Source: an uncultured Acidobacteriota bacterium (GTDB taxonomy: Bacteria; Acidobacteriota; Blastocatellia; RBC074). Taken from it: a stretch of 64,000 nt of DNA. Each line of letters starts with the position of its first letter. The first letter of the stretch is position 1. Location of the stretch: NCBI GenBank assembly GCA_963796275.1, contig CAWCKY010000006.1, positions 2,528,001 through 2,592,000 on the forward strand, written 5' to 3'. Shown here one piece after another: positions 1 through 9,312 of this stretch. The notes under the pieces were generated by a model, which made no database searches, was not told the origin of the DNA, and worked only from the letters and a program-made list of their open reading frames with translations. Made by a program: the position numbers and the translations under genes.

Positions 1-1862
1 CGCCCACGCTGATCAACGATGTGCGCATCGCCTTCAGCCGTACGTCCTCCGCCGTCAACCATGAGAACCAGGGAAGCAGTATCAACCAGCAGGTCGGGAT
101 GCCCGAGCTATCCGACAACCCGCGCGATTTCGGCCTGAGCTTTATCACGATCACGGGCTATTCGCCCATCGGCGACGAGTACAACAACCCGCAATCCAGT
201 GCGATCGACGTCTTTCAGCTGCTCGACACGGCGACCTGGTCGCGCGGGCGGCATCTTCTCAAATTCGGCCTGGACATCCGCAAAATTCAACAGAACGCTT
301 TCCGCGACGTGCAATCACGCGGCTTCCTGACCTTCTCGTCGTTCACTCTGGATGAGCAGGGGCAACCGGTTCCCGCGATCACTGGCAACGCGCTGGCTGA
401 CCTTCTGTTCGGTGTGCCGATCTTCACGGGCGGCGCGCGGCTCGATAACCCGCAACACCGGCGGACCGAAAGCTATAACTTTTTCATCAACGATGGCTGG
501 CAAATCCGGCCGAACCTTTCGCTCTCGTACGGGTTGCGTTACGAATACAACTCGCCGGCAGTGGATGCCGACGACCGCGCGAGCGTTTATGATGTGAATA
601 CGGGCAATCTTGTCGCAGTCGGTACGAACGGCGTCCCGCGCGGCGGCTACGAACCGGACAGGAACAACTTCGCTCCGCGCCTCGGCCTCGCCTGGACATT
701 GATCGAAAAGACCGTGCTGCGCGCCGGCTACGGCATTTACTACGACCAGTCCTCGCTGGCGGCGGGTGAAGGGCTCTACTTCAACGCGCCCTATTTCAAT
801 CTGAATCTCTATTTCCCGCTGCCGCAGCTACCGCTGCAACTCTCGGATCCGTTCCCCGCAAACTTTCCCGTCACGATGCCGCAATCGGCTAACGCGTTCC
901 AGCGGGATCTGCGCACTTCGTACGTGCAACATTGGAACTTCGGTCTGCAAAGGCAATTGGGAGCGAGCCGCGTGCTAGAGGTAGGATACGTCGGCTCCAA
1001 AGGGACGAAGCTCCTGGCCGCGCGAGACGTCAATCAGCCGCGCCCGGGGCCGGAACTACCGAACCCGCTCATCCCATACCTGCGTCCTGATCCACGTTTC
1101 GAGGACGTCACCTATCAGGAGTCGAGCGCGAATTCGATCTATCACAGCCTGCAAACGCGCTTTCAACAGCGTCTTGCCGCCGGGCTGTCGGTACTCTCGT
1201 CCTACACGTGGTCGAAATCCCTAGACAACGCTTCCGGTATCTTCACCAGCGCGGGCGATCCGAACTTCCCGCAAGACAGTCTTAACCTTAGTGCCGAACG
1301 AGGGCGCTCGAATTTCGACGTTCGACACCGCTTCGCGTTCAGCTACGCGTACGATCTACCGTTCGGTGCTGGGGCGACCTCGGGTTTGAAAAAAGGATTG
1401 CTGGCGGGCTGGCAGACGTATGGCGTGATCACCTTGCAGACCGGGCGCCCATTCACGGTGGCATTGCTGCCGGATATAGACAACAGCAATACGGGGCGCT
1501 CGACCCTCGGTTTCGGCGCGAATGACCGGCCGAATGTGATCGGGCAGGGAGAGCTGGGCGATCCAACTCCGGAGCGATGGTTCGATACGGCGGCGTTTCA
1601 GTTCTCCGCGCCGTTCACCTTCGGTAACGCCGGTCGCAACGTACTGGATGGGCCGGGCTATCAGAACGTTAACTTCTCGCTGGTCAAAAACACGGCATTG
1701 CGAGAGTCGTTGAATCTGCAAATTCGCACGGAGTTCTTCAATTTTTTCAATCACCCGAATTTCGATCTGCCTGATAATTTCCTGGGCTCGCCTTCGTTTG
1801 GGAGCATCCGTTCGGCACAGAGTCCGCGCCGCGTGCAGTTCGGCATGAAATTGTTGTTTTGA
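1..1862 (+). CDS. Oar-like TonB-dependent receptor, 5'-truncated by window edge
   Basis: Motifs [43 protein letters not shown] with terminal Phe; frame is open from window start. Confidence 0.92.
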   Translation, partial: PTLINDVRIAFSRTSSAVNHENQGSSINQQVGMPELSDNPRDFGLSFITITGYSPIGDEYNNPQSSAIDVFQLLDTATWSRGRHLLKFGLDIRKIQQNAFRDVQSRGFLTFSSFTLDEQGQPVPAITGNALADLLFGVPIFTGGARLDNPQHRRTESYNFFINDGWQIRPNLSLSYGLRYEYNSPAVDADDRASVYDVNTGNLVAVGTNGVPRGGYEPDRNNFAPRLGLAWTLIEKTVLRAGYGIYYDQSSLAAGEGLYFNAPYFNLNLYFPLPQLPLQLSDPFPANFPVTMPQSANAFQRDLRTSYVQHWNFGLQRQLGASRVLEVGYVGSKGTKLLAARDVNQPRPGPELPNPLIPYLRPDPRFEDVTYQESSANSIYHSLQTRFQQRLAAGLSVLSSYTWSKSLDNASGIFTSAGDPNFPQDSLNLSAERGRSNFDVRHRFAFSYAYDLPFGAGATSGLKKGLLAGWQTYGVITLQTGRPFTVALLPDIDNSNTGRSTLGFGANDRPNVIGQGELGDPTPERWFDTAAFQFSAPFTFGNAGRNVLDGPGYQNVNFSLVKNTALRESLNLQIRTEFFNFFNHPNFDLPDNFLGSPSFGSIRSAQSPRRVQFGMKLLF

Positions 1863-1998
1863 TGGAGAGGCTTGATGGATTGCGTTCCACCGTCCCCCTA
1901 CAAGGCAGATGAGGACTGCCAGGTTGGCACAATACTTTCATCTGGCCGGTGGAAGTACCGGCTGCTGAACAAACTGTAGTTCACCTTGAGGAGTTTGA

Positions 1999-2605
1999 AT
2001 GTCCAAGTCCGACACAAAAGGCCTTTCTCGCCGTGGTTTCATCAAAACTGCCGGCAGCTTGCCGTCTTATTGAATGGAGACAACCTGCTCGATCGGCGCC
2101 AGCTGGAAGGGCTGTCCACCTTTGACTGTCAAACGGGATTATCGAAAGAGAAGGACGTCGAATTCGATTTCACGCGTCAGTCCGCCGCTTTGCAGCCGGA
2201 CAAAATCGTAGACAGCGCTTGCCAGTTCTGTAATTCCCTGTGTCGCCTGAAAGTGCATATGAAGAGCGGGCGTATCATCGATATTCTGGGTGAGCCCGAC
2301 GATCCGGTTCAGGCGGGGAACTTTTTATATAAAGGGGCCGATGATGACGCAACTGGTCTATAACCGCCATCGCCTCACGACTCCCTTGAAACGGGTCTCC
2401 GGGGAGAAGGGCTCGCCCGATTCCCAATTCTCCCCGATCTCATGGGATGAAGCGCTGACAACCATTGCACAGAAATTCCTTGCGCTAAGAGACGCCGGCG
2501 AGGCGAGAGCGATTGCGAATAGAACATCGGGCCGGTTGCCGCGCGGGCCGGGTTCACTGGTCAATCGTTTCTTTACGCTCCTCGGAAGTCCGAACGATTA
2601 TTGCA
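1999..2605 (+). pseudogene. Tat-exported molybdopterin oxidoreductase, N-terminal relic (2 frameshifts, truncated)
   Basis: GAGGAG RBS then ATG1999 MSKSDTKGLSRRGFIK (Tat); next frame CQFCNSLC...GEPDDPV (4Fe-4S motif); next frame KG...RLTTPLKR...ISWDEAL; similarity stops at about 2605. Confidence 0.8.
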
Positions 2606-2712
2606 AGGGAAGGTTCACGGGTTTCCGCTCGCCGCCGAACGCCTGGCAGTCTGTTAGTGATCTGTCCGATAAGAGTTGAGCTGAAGTTAGTATTCAGCAG
2701 GTTGAATGAATT

Positions 2713-3480
2713 TCAGCGTCGCTTCCATAGCGTCAAACGCGAGATTCCCAACAATCCGGCAAGCGTCAAAGCCATGCTGATCCCTGACGCCGCTGCGACC
2801 AGCGGGCTCAGTGTGTAGCGCAAGTTGGGCCAGATCACTTTGGGAAGGGTTTCCGTCTCGGGCGTGCCTAAGAATAACGCCATCACAAATTCATTCAGCG
2901 ATAGCACGAACGCCATGACTGCCGCGGCGGCCAAGGAAGGGGCGACAAGGGGAAGCGTTACCCTGATGAAAGTGCGCATCGGACCTGCGCCCAGGCCACG
3001 GGCTGCGCGTTCAAGGTCGGGATCGACACCTTCCAGCGCGCCGCGCATCACGAGGAATACCACCGGCAGGCTCCAGAGACTGTGTGCGACCGCAATCGAA
3101 AAATTCGAGCCCCAGAGACCGAGTGCCCGCATGAACGGAAGCAGCCCCATACCCAGCACGACTGTCGGAACAAAGAGAGGAAGTATGATCATGAGATTGA
3201 AAGCCTCCCGCCCTCGGAAATGATACCGGGTCACGGCAAGCGCCGCCGCCGTTCCGGCCACGAGGGCGCCCCCCACCGCGAGAACGGCGATCTCGAAACT
3301 GTTGCGCAGCGCCGCGGTCCACTGGGGACTTGCAAAGAACTGTCGGTACCAGCGCACAGACCATGCGCCTGTGGGCGGTTCCAACAGCTCGCCGGGACTG
3401 AACGATATCCAGACCGCGTAAACCAGCGGCGCTATAACGAGCGCGAGCAGCGCCGCCGCCGCCGCTCGTGCCAGAATCAT
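2713..3480 (-). CDS. ABC transporter permease (PotC-like)
   Basis: Multiple TM helices, EAA loop LERAARGLGA, SLNEF..ALFL, TLP motif. Confidence 0.92.
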   Translation of the reverse strand: MILARAAAAALLALVIAPLVYAVWISFSPGELLEPPTGAWSVRWYRQFFASPQWTAALRNSFEIAVLAVGGALVAGTAAALAVTRYHFRGREAFNLMIILPLFVPTVVLGMGLLPFMRALGLWGSNFSIAVAHSLWSLPVVFLVMRGALEGVDPDLERAARGLGAGPMRTFIRVTLPLVAPSLAAAAVMAFVLSLNEFVMALFLGTPETETLPKVIWPNLRYTLSPLVAAASGISMALTLAGLLGISRLTLWKRR

Positions 3481-4388
3481 CCATCCCGTGCTAATGTTTC
3501 CCTCCAGGCCCGTTTCAATGCGACATTAAGCCCCTGCCAGATCAGCACGATCACGATGAGCGTGGCGAGCATGATGACCGCCTCGGCCGCGCCGCGTGGC
3601 CAGTTCAGGTTCTCGAATGTCTGTTTCTGAACATCCACTGCGACGGTGAGCTCCTCCGGGCTCCCCATCAGGTAAGGGCTTACGAAAGCGCCGAAAGCGA
3701 AAATCAGACTGAGGAAAAATACCAGCGCCACTCCTGGCAGAGAGAGCGGAAATGTGACCCGCCAAAACGTCCTCCACGGACCAGCGCCCAGTCCACGAGC
3801 TGCCAGAGCCAGGGACGGATCGATCCGGTCCAGGGTGACGATCAGCATGAGAACGGCGTAGGGAAGAATAAGGTATGTCTCTGCGACCAGCGCCCCGGTC
3901 AGGTTGTGCAGGAGATCGACGGGCGACGCTGAAATGCCGAGCACCTGCACTAGTCGGTTGACCGGGCCATTCGTACCCATCAACAGCTTCAACCCGTAGA
4001 TGACCACCAGCACATTGGCGAGTTTTGGAAGGATGACGGCGGAGACGGCTACAAGCTTCCACTTCCCCGGCAGGCGTGAAATCAGAAATGCCGTCGGATA
4101 GGCGATTGCCACAGTCGCGAGTGCCACGACCAAGCCGAACATCAGAGTGAAAGCCAGTATCGACCGGAAATACCCGTCCGCCAGTAGCTCGCGATACGCA
4201 TGCAGCGACCACGTGCCGGGTTTATAGAAGGATCCGCCGATGCCGAAACCGCTCTGACCGCCCCCTTCATAGAGGCTGACGCGTCCCAGAAGAAGTCCGG
4301 GGACCAGGAAGAAAAAGAGCAAGAGCACAAGGGCAGGAGCGGCCAGGACAAGCACATGGAGCCAGCTGGATCGTTTATGCGTTCCCAT
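3477..4388 (-). CDS. ABC transporter permease (PotB-like)
   Basis: LPYAVL, AARGLGA...FWRVTFPLSLPG, NWPRGAA; start moved to ATG4388, overlapping the ATPase stop. Confidence 0.9.
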   Translation of the reverse strand: MGTHKRSSWLHVLVLAAPALVLLLFFFLVPGLLLGRVSLYEGGGQSGFGIGGSFYKPGTWSLHAYRELLADGYFRSILAFTLMFGLVVALATVAIAYPTAFLISRLPGKWKLVAVSAVILPKLANVLVVIYGLKLLMGTNGPVNRLVQVLGISASPVDLLHNLTGALVAETYLILPYAVLMLIVTLDRIDPSLALAARGLGAGPWRTFWRVTFPLSLPGVALVFFLSLIFAFGAFVSPYLMGSPEELTVAVDVQKQTFENLNWPRGAAEAVIMLATLIVIVLIWQGLNVALKRAWRETLARDG

Positions 4389-5481
4389 GCGCGTCCTCCT
4401 GTGAAGATGCCGCGACCCAATCCGGATCCTGTTCGGGAATGACCCAGGCATTGGCAGCATCTACCGCGACGCTGACTTCATCGCCGATTCGAGCGGACGG
4501 CAAGACATCCGGCGCGGATCGGACCTTGAGCGACCCGCCTTTTGTAAGTCCGATGTCGAATATCTGATCGGCGCCCAAAAAAGAGAGCCCATGAAGAATT
4601 CCCCGGGCATGATGAGGATGAGCGGATGCCCTAGGCCCCAACATAACGCGTTCAGGCCGAAGAAGAATATCCGCGCCCGGCCTGCACGCCAATCCGTCTG
4701 ACGGGAGAGTCAGACCGCCCTCTAGAAAAATAGATCCGTCCCTCGCCTCTGCGACACGAATCACGTTGGCGTCGCCGAGCAGGCGCGCGATCGCCGGCAT
4801 GCGAGGCCGCTCGTAAAGCTCACGTGGCGGGCCTACTTGAAGAATGCGGCCAGCAAGCATGACTGCAATCTGGGTGGCCAGCGAAAGCGCTTCCTCCTGG
4901 TCGTGTGTCACAAGTATCGTCGTGACGCCAGTCCGGCGTTGAAGTTCGCGGAGTTCGTCGCGCATTCTCTCGCGGAGATGGCGGTCGAGGTTGGCTAGAG
5001 GCTCGTCCAGAAGCAGGAGTTTCGGCTCGATCACCAGCGCCCGCGCCAGCGCCACCCGCTGCTGCTGCCCGCCGGAGAGCTCGCGCGGCTTGCGTTCGCG
5101 TTCGCCCGGCGACAGCCGGATACGATCCAGCATCTCCTCGACCCGGCGACGCCGTTCGACTGCCGATATGCCCCGTGCTGCGAGACCGAATCCCACGTTC
5201 TCGCGCGCGGTGAGATGAGGGAAAAGCGCGTAGTTCTGGAATACCATGCCCATTCCGCGTTTTTCCGGCTGCCATCCGGTTACGTTCTGACCGTCCAGGA
5301 TGACCGTTCCATACTCCGGCTGAAGGTAACCGCCGACCAATCGTAAAAGCGTGGTTTTCCCACAGCCTGAAGGACCGAGTAGACAACAGAAGGCCCCCGC
5401 CTCTACCGCAAGCGAGACTTCGTTCAAGACGTCGCGCCGGCCGTAGCGGCAGACGACGTCCCTTAACTCCAGAAACGCCAT
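4375..5481 (-). CDS. ABC transporter ATP-binding protein (PotA-like)
   Basis: Walker A GPSGCGKT, LSGGQQQR, LLLDEP, VTHDQEEA; start at ATG5481 (MAFLELRDV). Confidence 0.95.
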   Translation of the reverse strand: MAFLELRDVVCRYGRRDVLNEVSLAVEAGAFCCLLGPSGCGKTTLLRLVGGYLQPEYGTVILDGQNVTGWQPEKRGMGMVFQNYALFPHLTARENVGFGLAARGISAVERRRRVEEMLDRIRLSPGERERKPRELSGGQQQRVALARALVIEPKLLLLDEPLANLDRHLRERMRDELRELQRRTGVTTILVTHDQEEALSLATQIAVMLAGRILQVGPPRELYERPRMPAIARLLGDANVIRVAEARDGSIFLEGGLTLPSDGLACRPGADILLRPERVMLGPRASAHPHHARGILHGLSFLGADQIFDIGLTKGGSLKVRSAPDVLPSARIGDEVSVAVDAANAWVIPEQDPDWVAASSQEDAHGNA

Positions 5482-5485
5482 GGGA

Positions 5486-6628
5486 TTATCCTTTGCGCAG
5501 AATCTCCCTGTCCCAGGTGGCGACGATGTTGTCCCAATCCTTGAAGTAGACATCGTACGGATAATACTTCACGTTCTTTAACGCCTCCTCGGTCGATGGA
5601 TATATCTGGCCCCACAGTGGATCGGAAGCCGCTTTTTTCTGCGCGACCGAGAGCACTGACGTGGCGGAACCGTTCATCACGAGGGATTCCTGCATCTCTT
5701 CCGAGAGTAGGAAGTTGATTGCCTCTTCGGCAAGTTCCTTGCGAGCGCCGGCCGGAATAACCCACATCAGCTGGACGAAGGCGCGGTCGACGTCCGGCAC
5801 GATGGCGCCGAGTTCTGGGCGCTGGCGCAGGGCAACCAGCATATCCCCGCTGTGCATATTACCGATGGAGCAGTTCTGCTGGGACAGGCTGAAGGCCATG
5901 TCGGTCGATGTCGGCCACCAGTATTTCACCCGATCGCGATTTTCCCGGGCGAACTGGATCACGCCGTTCAGGTTGTTGACGCATTCCGCCGCGGCTGTGC
6001 CGGGTCTTCCTTCGACGGCTACTTTGAGGCACGCGAATGTATAGAGCGACATATAGAAAGAGTTGTAGAAGCCGAGCTTGCCATTCACCTCATCCCGCAT
6101 CAGGTCGCCCCAACTCTTGGGTTCGAAATTCAACAGTTTCTTGTTATAGCCCAGCGTCATGGCCCCCTCCGGAAACGGTATGCCATAGCCTTCGTGGTAG
6201 ACCCAATTGTCGAGCACCGAAGGGGCGAGCTTTCCGATATTGGGAATGCGGTTCATGTCGATCTTTTGGAAGAGGCCCTCACGTATCGCGGGGTAACCCT
6301 GGGTCGCATCCGTGAGGACAAGATCGAAGGCCGGCTGTCCGGGAGGTGACGCCTTCAGCTTCGGTATCGAGTCCCACCAGCCTGGATCGGGAATCACGGT
6401 GGCGCCGGTTCGAGCCTGGAAACGCGGCGCGAATTCTTCGCGGATGGCTTTCTCCCAATGGCCGGAATAGATGAAGAGCCGGAGCGTTTGCCCGGCGAAT
6501 GCTCCTATGGGACTGCCAGACGGCGTCGCGGTTGAATCCCTACTTTGACATCCCAGGATCGAAAGACCACCGGCTGCGGCGCCGGCCCAACCAAGAAATT
6601 GTCGGCGATCGATGCGATGTGGCTTCAT
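5486..6628 (-). CDS. ABC substrate-binding protein (PotD/PotF-like), probable Tat lipoprotein
   Basis: DRRQFL Tat motif and lipobox-like ILGC; KSWGDL and INFLLSEE motifs; first gene of the ABC operon. Confidence 0.88.
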   Translation of the reverse strand: MKPHRIDRRQFLGWAGAAAGGLSILGCQSRDSTATPSGSPIGAFAGQTLRLFIYSGHWEKAIREEFAPRFQARTGATVIPDPGWWDSIPKLKASPPGQPAFDLVLTDATQGYPAIREGLFQKIDMNRIPNIGKLAPSVLDNWVYHEGYGIPFPEGAMTLGYNKKLLNFEPKSWGDLMRDEVNGKLGFYNSFYMSLYTFACLKVAVEGRPGTAAAECVNNLNGVIQFARENRDRVKYWWPTSTDMAFSLSQQNCSIGNMHSGDMLVALRQRPELGAIVPDVDRAFVQLMWVIPAGARKELAEEAINFLLSEEMQESLVMNGSATSVLSVAQKKAASDPLWGQIYPSTEEALKNVKYYPYDVYFKDWDNIVATWDREILRKG

Positions 6629-6909
6629 GATTTATTCTCCTCAGCAGGGAAGTGAGTTTCCGGAACAAGCGCGACGGGGCGCACCCATCCGGCGCTCCCT
6701 CCGCGAAGTTTGACGGGAAAAGCGACAAACAGAAATCCGTGCGGGCGCGGTAGCGCGCCGAGATTCGTCAGTTTCTCGATGAACGCTTCGGGCCGGCCGT
6801 TTTGGATTTTTCGCCGCGCGAAAAAAGACCTGGATGGAAGCCCGCTACTTCTTCACGAATCCCAAGGCCGAAACAATAATAACAATCACTATCTAGGAGG
6901 ACAGAATCA

Positions 6910-8352
6910 ATGAAGAGAAAAATATTTTTACCCGTCGCAATCCTTTTGTTCCTCGCATTTATTTCAACGCACGCGAATGCACAAATCTATGGCATCTCTG
7001 ATGTCGAGGAGAATCCCGAATTTGGAATTATTGAGGGGTTCGGCGCTACTCTGCTTGAATATGAAGTTGCAGCCTGGTACATCGGCTACACTGAGTCTTT
7101 TCTCCAAGAAGGGGAGGTCTTGAAAGATTCAGGCGCGGCTTTCGACCGCGACGTGCCGGAACTTCAGCTCTTCGTCGCCGATGTCTATACTGAAACCCCG
7201 GTCAATCCTGATACTGCGAACGAAGACGATTATTTTATTTTCACCGATCACTATCTCACGTTTTACGTCTTTCATCCCACTCTTGGGTTCTACGATCCCT
7301 TTGGTGTGCGCTTCGTTGAGGCAGAAGAATATGGAACCGAAAACACATGGTTTGTCAGCATCAACGAGGGCTACTATACTTTAGAATACGTATTGTTAGG
7401 CACGACATCAGACGTCAAAAGAAAGATCAAGGTCAAGATCGTCAAGAGCGATGGGACCGATGTCACTAATGCGAATCTTAATGCCATTGTCGGAGAGTAT
7501 GGTAGCTTGAGACTAAAGACCGAGCCAGACGTCCAATTCACCAATCTCATTTGGGATATTACCGGGTCGACGAGAATGGATTGGATTGTGAACTATATCT
7601 CGCCTACAAATGGCGTCAGTTCGGCAGTCGACTTCGGTATTTTGATCGGTTCAAATCCCATACAATTTTTCTGGTTCAATGGGGACTTTAACGGAGGAAA
7701 GTCAGAGACCGTGACCGCTACTCTCAAGATCAATAACAGACCATATACGCGCAAGGTCAATTATCGCGTCTTCGAGCCACTGGTCACAGTAGAGCAGATG
7801 CAAAAGGCCGCCGCCGTCACCGTCGATTCGAATTTTGATCTTCCCGGTCCGGCCCTTCATGACGGAAGAGCCATAGTCAACCCGGGTATAAGATTCTTGT
7901 ATAATAGTGTGGCGATCCCCTTGGGGTACACAGGGCAATGGCAGTGGGTTCAAACCGCCCAGGCCAATCGAGAGGCCCGTATGTCATCGACAATTTTCAG
8001 ATATACAGATTTCGGACTCGATGCAAACTATCCCGGTTCGATTAGAACGGATTTCGAAGATTCGCCCGGCCAAGGACTCGATTCTTCCTTTGACACCTAT
8101 ATCGTTAACGGTGAAAGTTTTGAAACCTACCTGATGTTCAAACCAAATCTCCCTGACGCGCGTTGGGTCTCGATGGCGAAAGCGTCTTGGACCTGGTCCG
8201 GGACAGCTGATAATAGCCTCTTGTCTGGATTTTCGCTGCGACCCGGGACTGCGAGCAATCCCAATGCGACTATTACGCTAGGCTTTTTGGAGGCGATTCC
8301 GCATCCGAGGTGGAATAAAAATAATCTGCCTAACTTCGTGGAGGTGAAATGA
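6910..8352 (+). CDS. Secreted hypothetical protein, 480 aa, multi-domain
   Basis: AGGAGG RBS, Sec signal ending ANA-Q, Tyr/acidic N-terminal region, beta-rich middle, Trp-rich C-terminal region. Confidence 0.85.
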   Translation: MKRKIFLPVAILLFLAFISTHANAQIYGISDVEENPEFGIIEGFGATLLEYEVAAWYIGYTESFLQEGEVLKDSGAAFDRDVPELQLFVADVYTETPVNPDTANEDDYFIFTDHYLTFYVFHPTLGFYDPFGVRFVEAEEYGTENTWFVSINEGYYTLEYVLLGTTSDVKRKIKVKIVKSDGTDVTNANLNAIVGEYGSLRLKTEPDVQFTNLIWDITGSTRMDWIVNYISPTNGVSSAVDFGILIGSNPIQFFWFNGDFNGGKSETVTATLKINNRPYTRKVNYRVFEPLVTVEQMQKAAAVTVDSNFDLPGPALHDGRAIVNPGIRFLYNSVAIPLGYTGQWQWVQTAQANREARMSSTIFRYTDFGLDANYPGSIRTDFEDSPGQGLDSSFDTYIVNGESFETYLMFKPNLPDARWVSMAKASWTWSGTADNSLLSGFSLRPGTASNPNATITLGFLEAIPHPRWNKNNLPNFVEVK

Positions 8353-8855
8353 ACACATTTGCATTGATTATTATTCTGACGGCGATTCTTTCCGGGGTCG
8401 GCGTGTCACAAGAGCCGCCATTCGATTTCAGACGACATCAGGAAGCGTTGAAGAAGATGGAAATGAAAATTGATGCGGCTTCCAAAGATTGGAGACTCGG
8501 CGCGCAGATCAACATTCGAGTAGAGATCACCAACAAAGGAGCAGAGACGGTCAAAATACCCGACCCTCCGCCCTATAGCCGCTATGATGTGTCAGTCATC
8601 GGGCCTTTCAATCAACCACTGAGCAGAATACCAGTCGGGAATTCTCCCATCGAACGGCTCAATCGAGGGGCCGCAAGTGGGCGTGTGCGGGATATTGAAG
8701 CGGGGAAGAGCGTCGAAGAGAAGATTCGCCTCGATGAATTATTCGAGTTCAAACAAGTCGGCGTTTACAAGATTACCTTCAAAAGGCAGGTCGGAATTAG
8801 AGAAACGCCACACGTCTTGACGAGTAACACTTTCGTCTTGAACGTGACCAGATAG
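8349..8855 (+). CDS. Secreted hypothetical protein, 168 aa, probable single Ig-like domain
   Basis: ATGA overlap with upstream stop, GGAGG RBS, signal peptide, beta-strand pattern ending LTSNTFVLNV. Confidence 0.85.
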   Translation: MNTFALIIILTAILSGVGVSQEPPFDFRRHQEALKKMEMKIDAASKDWRLGAQINIRVEITNKGAETVKIPDPPPYSRYDVSVIGPFNQPLSRIPVGNSPIERLNRGAASGRVRDIEAGKSVEEKIRLDELFEFKQVGVYKITFKRQVGIRETPHVLTSNTFVLNVTR

Positions 8856-8917
8856 AGAGAGTCAGCGCGCTCGCTCGAGGCAACGCAGCGGGCGCACATT
8901 TCTTCTCACTCTTTCCC

Positions 8918-8958
8918 AGTACGAGCGCTGCCGGCGACGTGCGGCGCTCGTACTTTCT
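8918..8958 (+). terminator. Probable intrinsic terminator
   Basis: Stem AGTACGAGCGCTGC / GCGGCGCTCGTACT followed by TTCT, downstream of the gene pair. Confidence 0.55.
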
Positions 8959-9312
8959 ATGCAGTGGCATTGCTGGAGGTCAGCGATCCTCCAGCTAGCT
9001 CTGCAAGTACGAAAGGAGCGGCACAATCCAACTTCGATTGTGATGATAGAAGCCTAATGGACCGAGCTGAGTAATTTCGATAATGCCAGATTTCTTTGCC
9101 CGTTAGGCATTTGAAAATGGCCCAGCAATTTATTGTTAGGCTCGGGGGAAACAAGGCGATCCAAGTTGACTCTTGCAATCTCTTCAACTGTCCCTACGGA
9201 TTTGGTTGGCGTTGCTGCGGCATTGAAAGATTTCATTCCGAAATTCTCCCCGAGTTATTAGCCACATGGTGGGAATCTTTTGTTGAATACGCTCGCCCTC
9301 CTATCCACTGCC

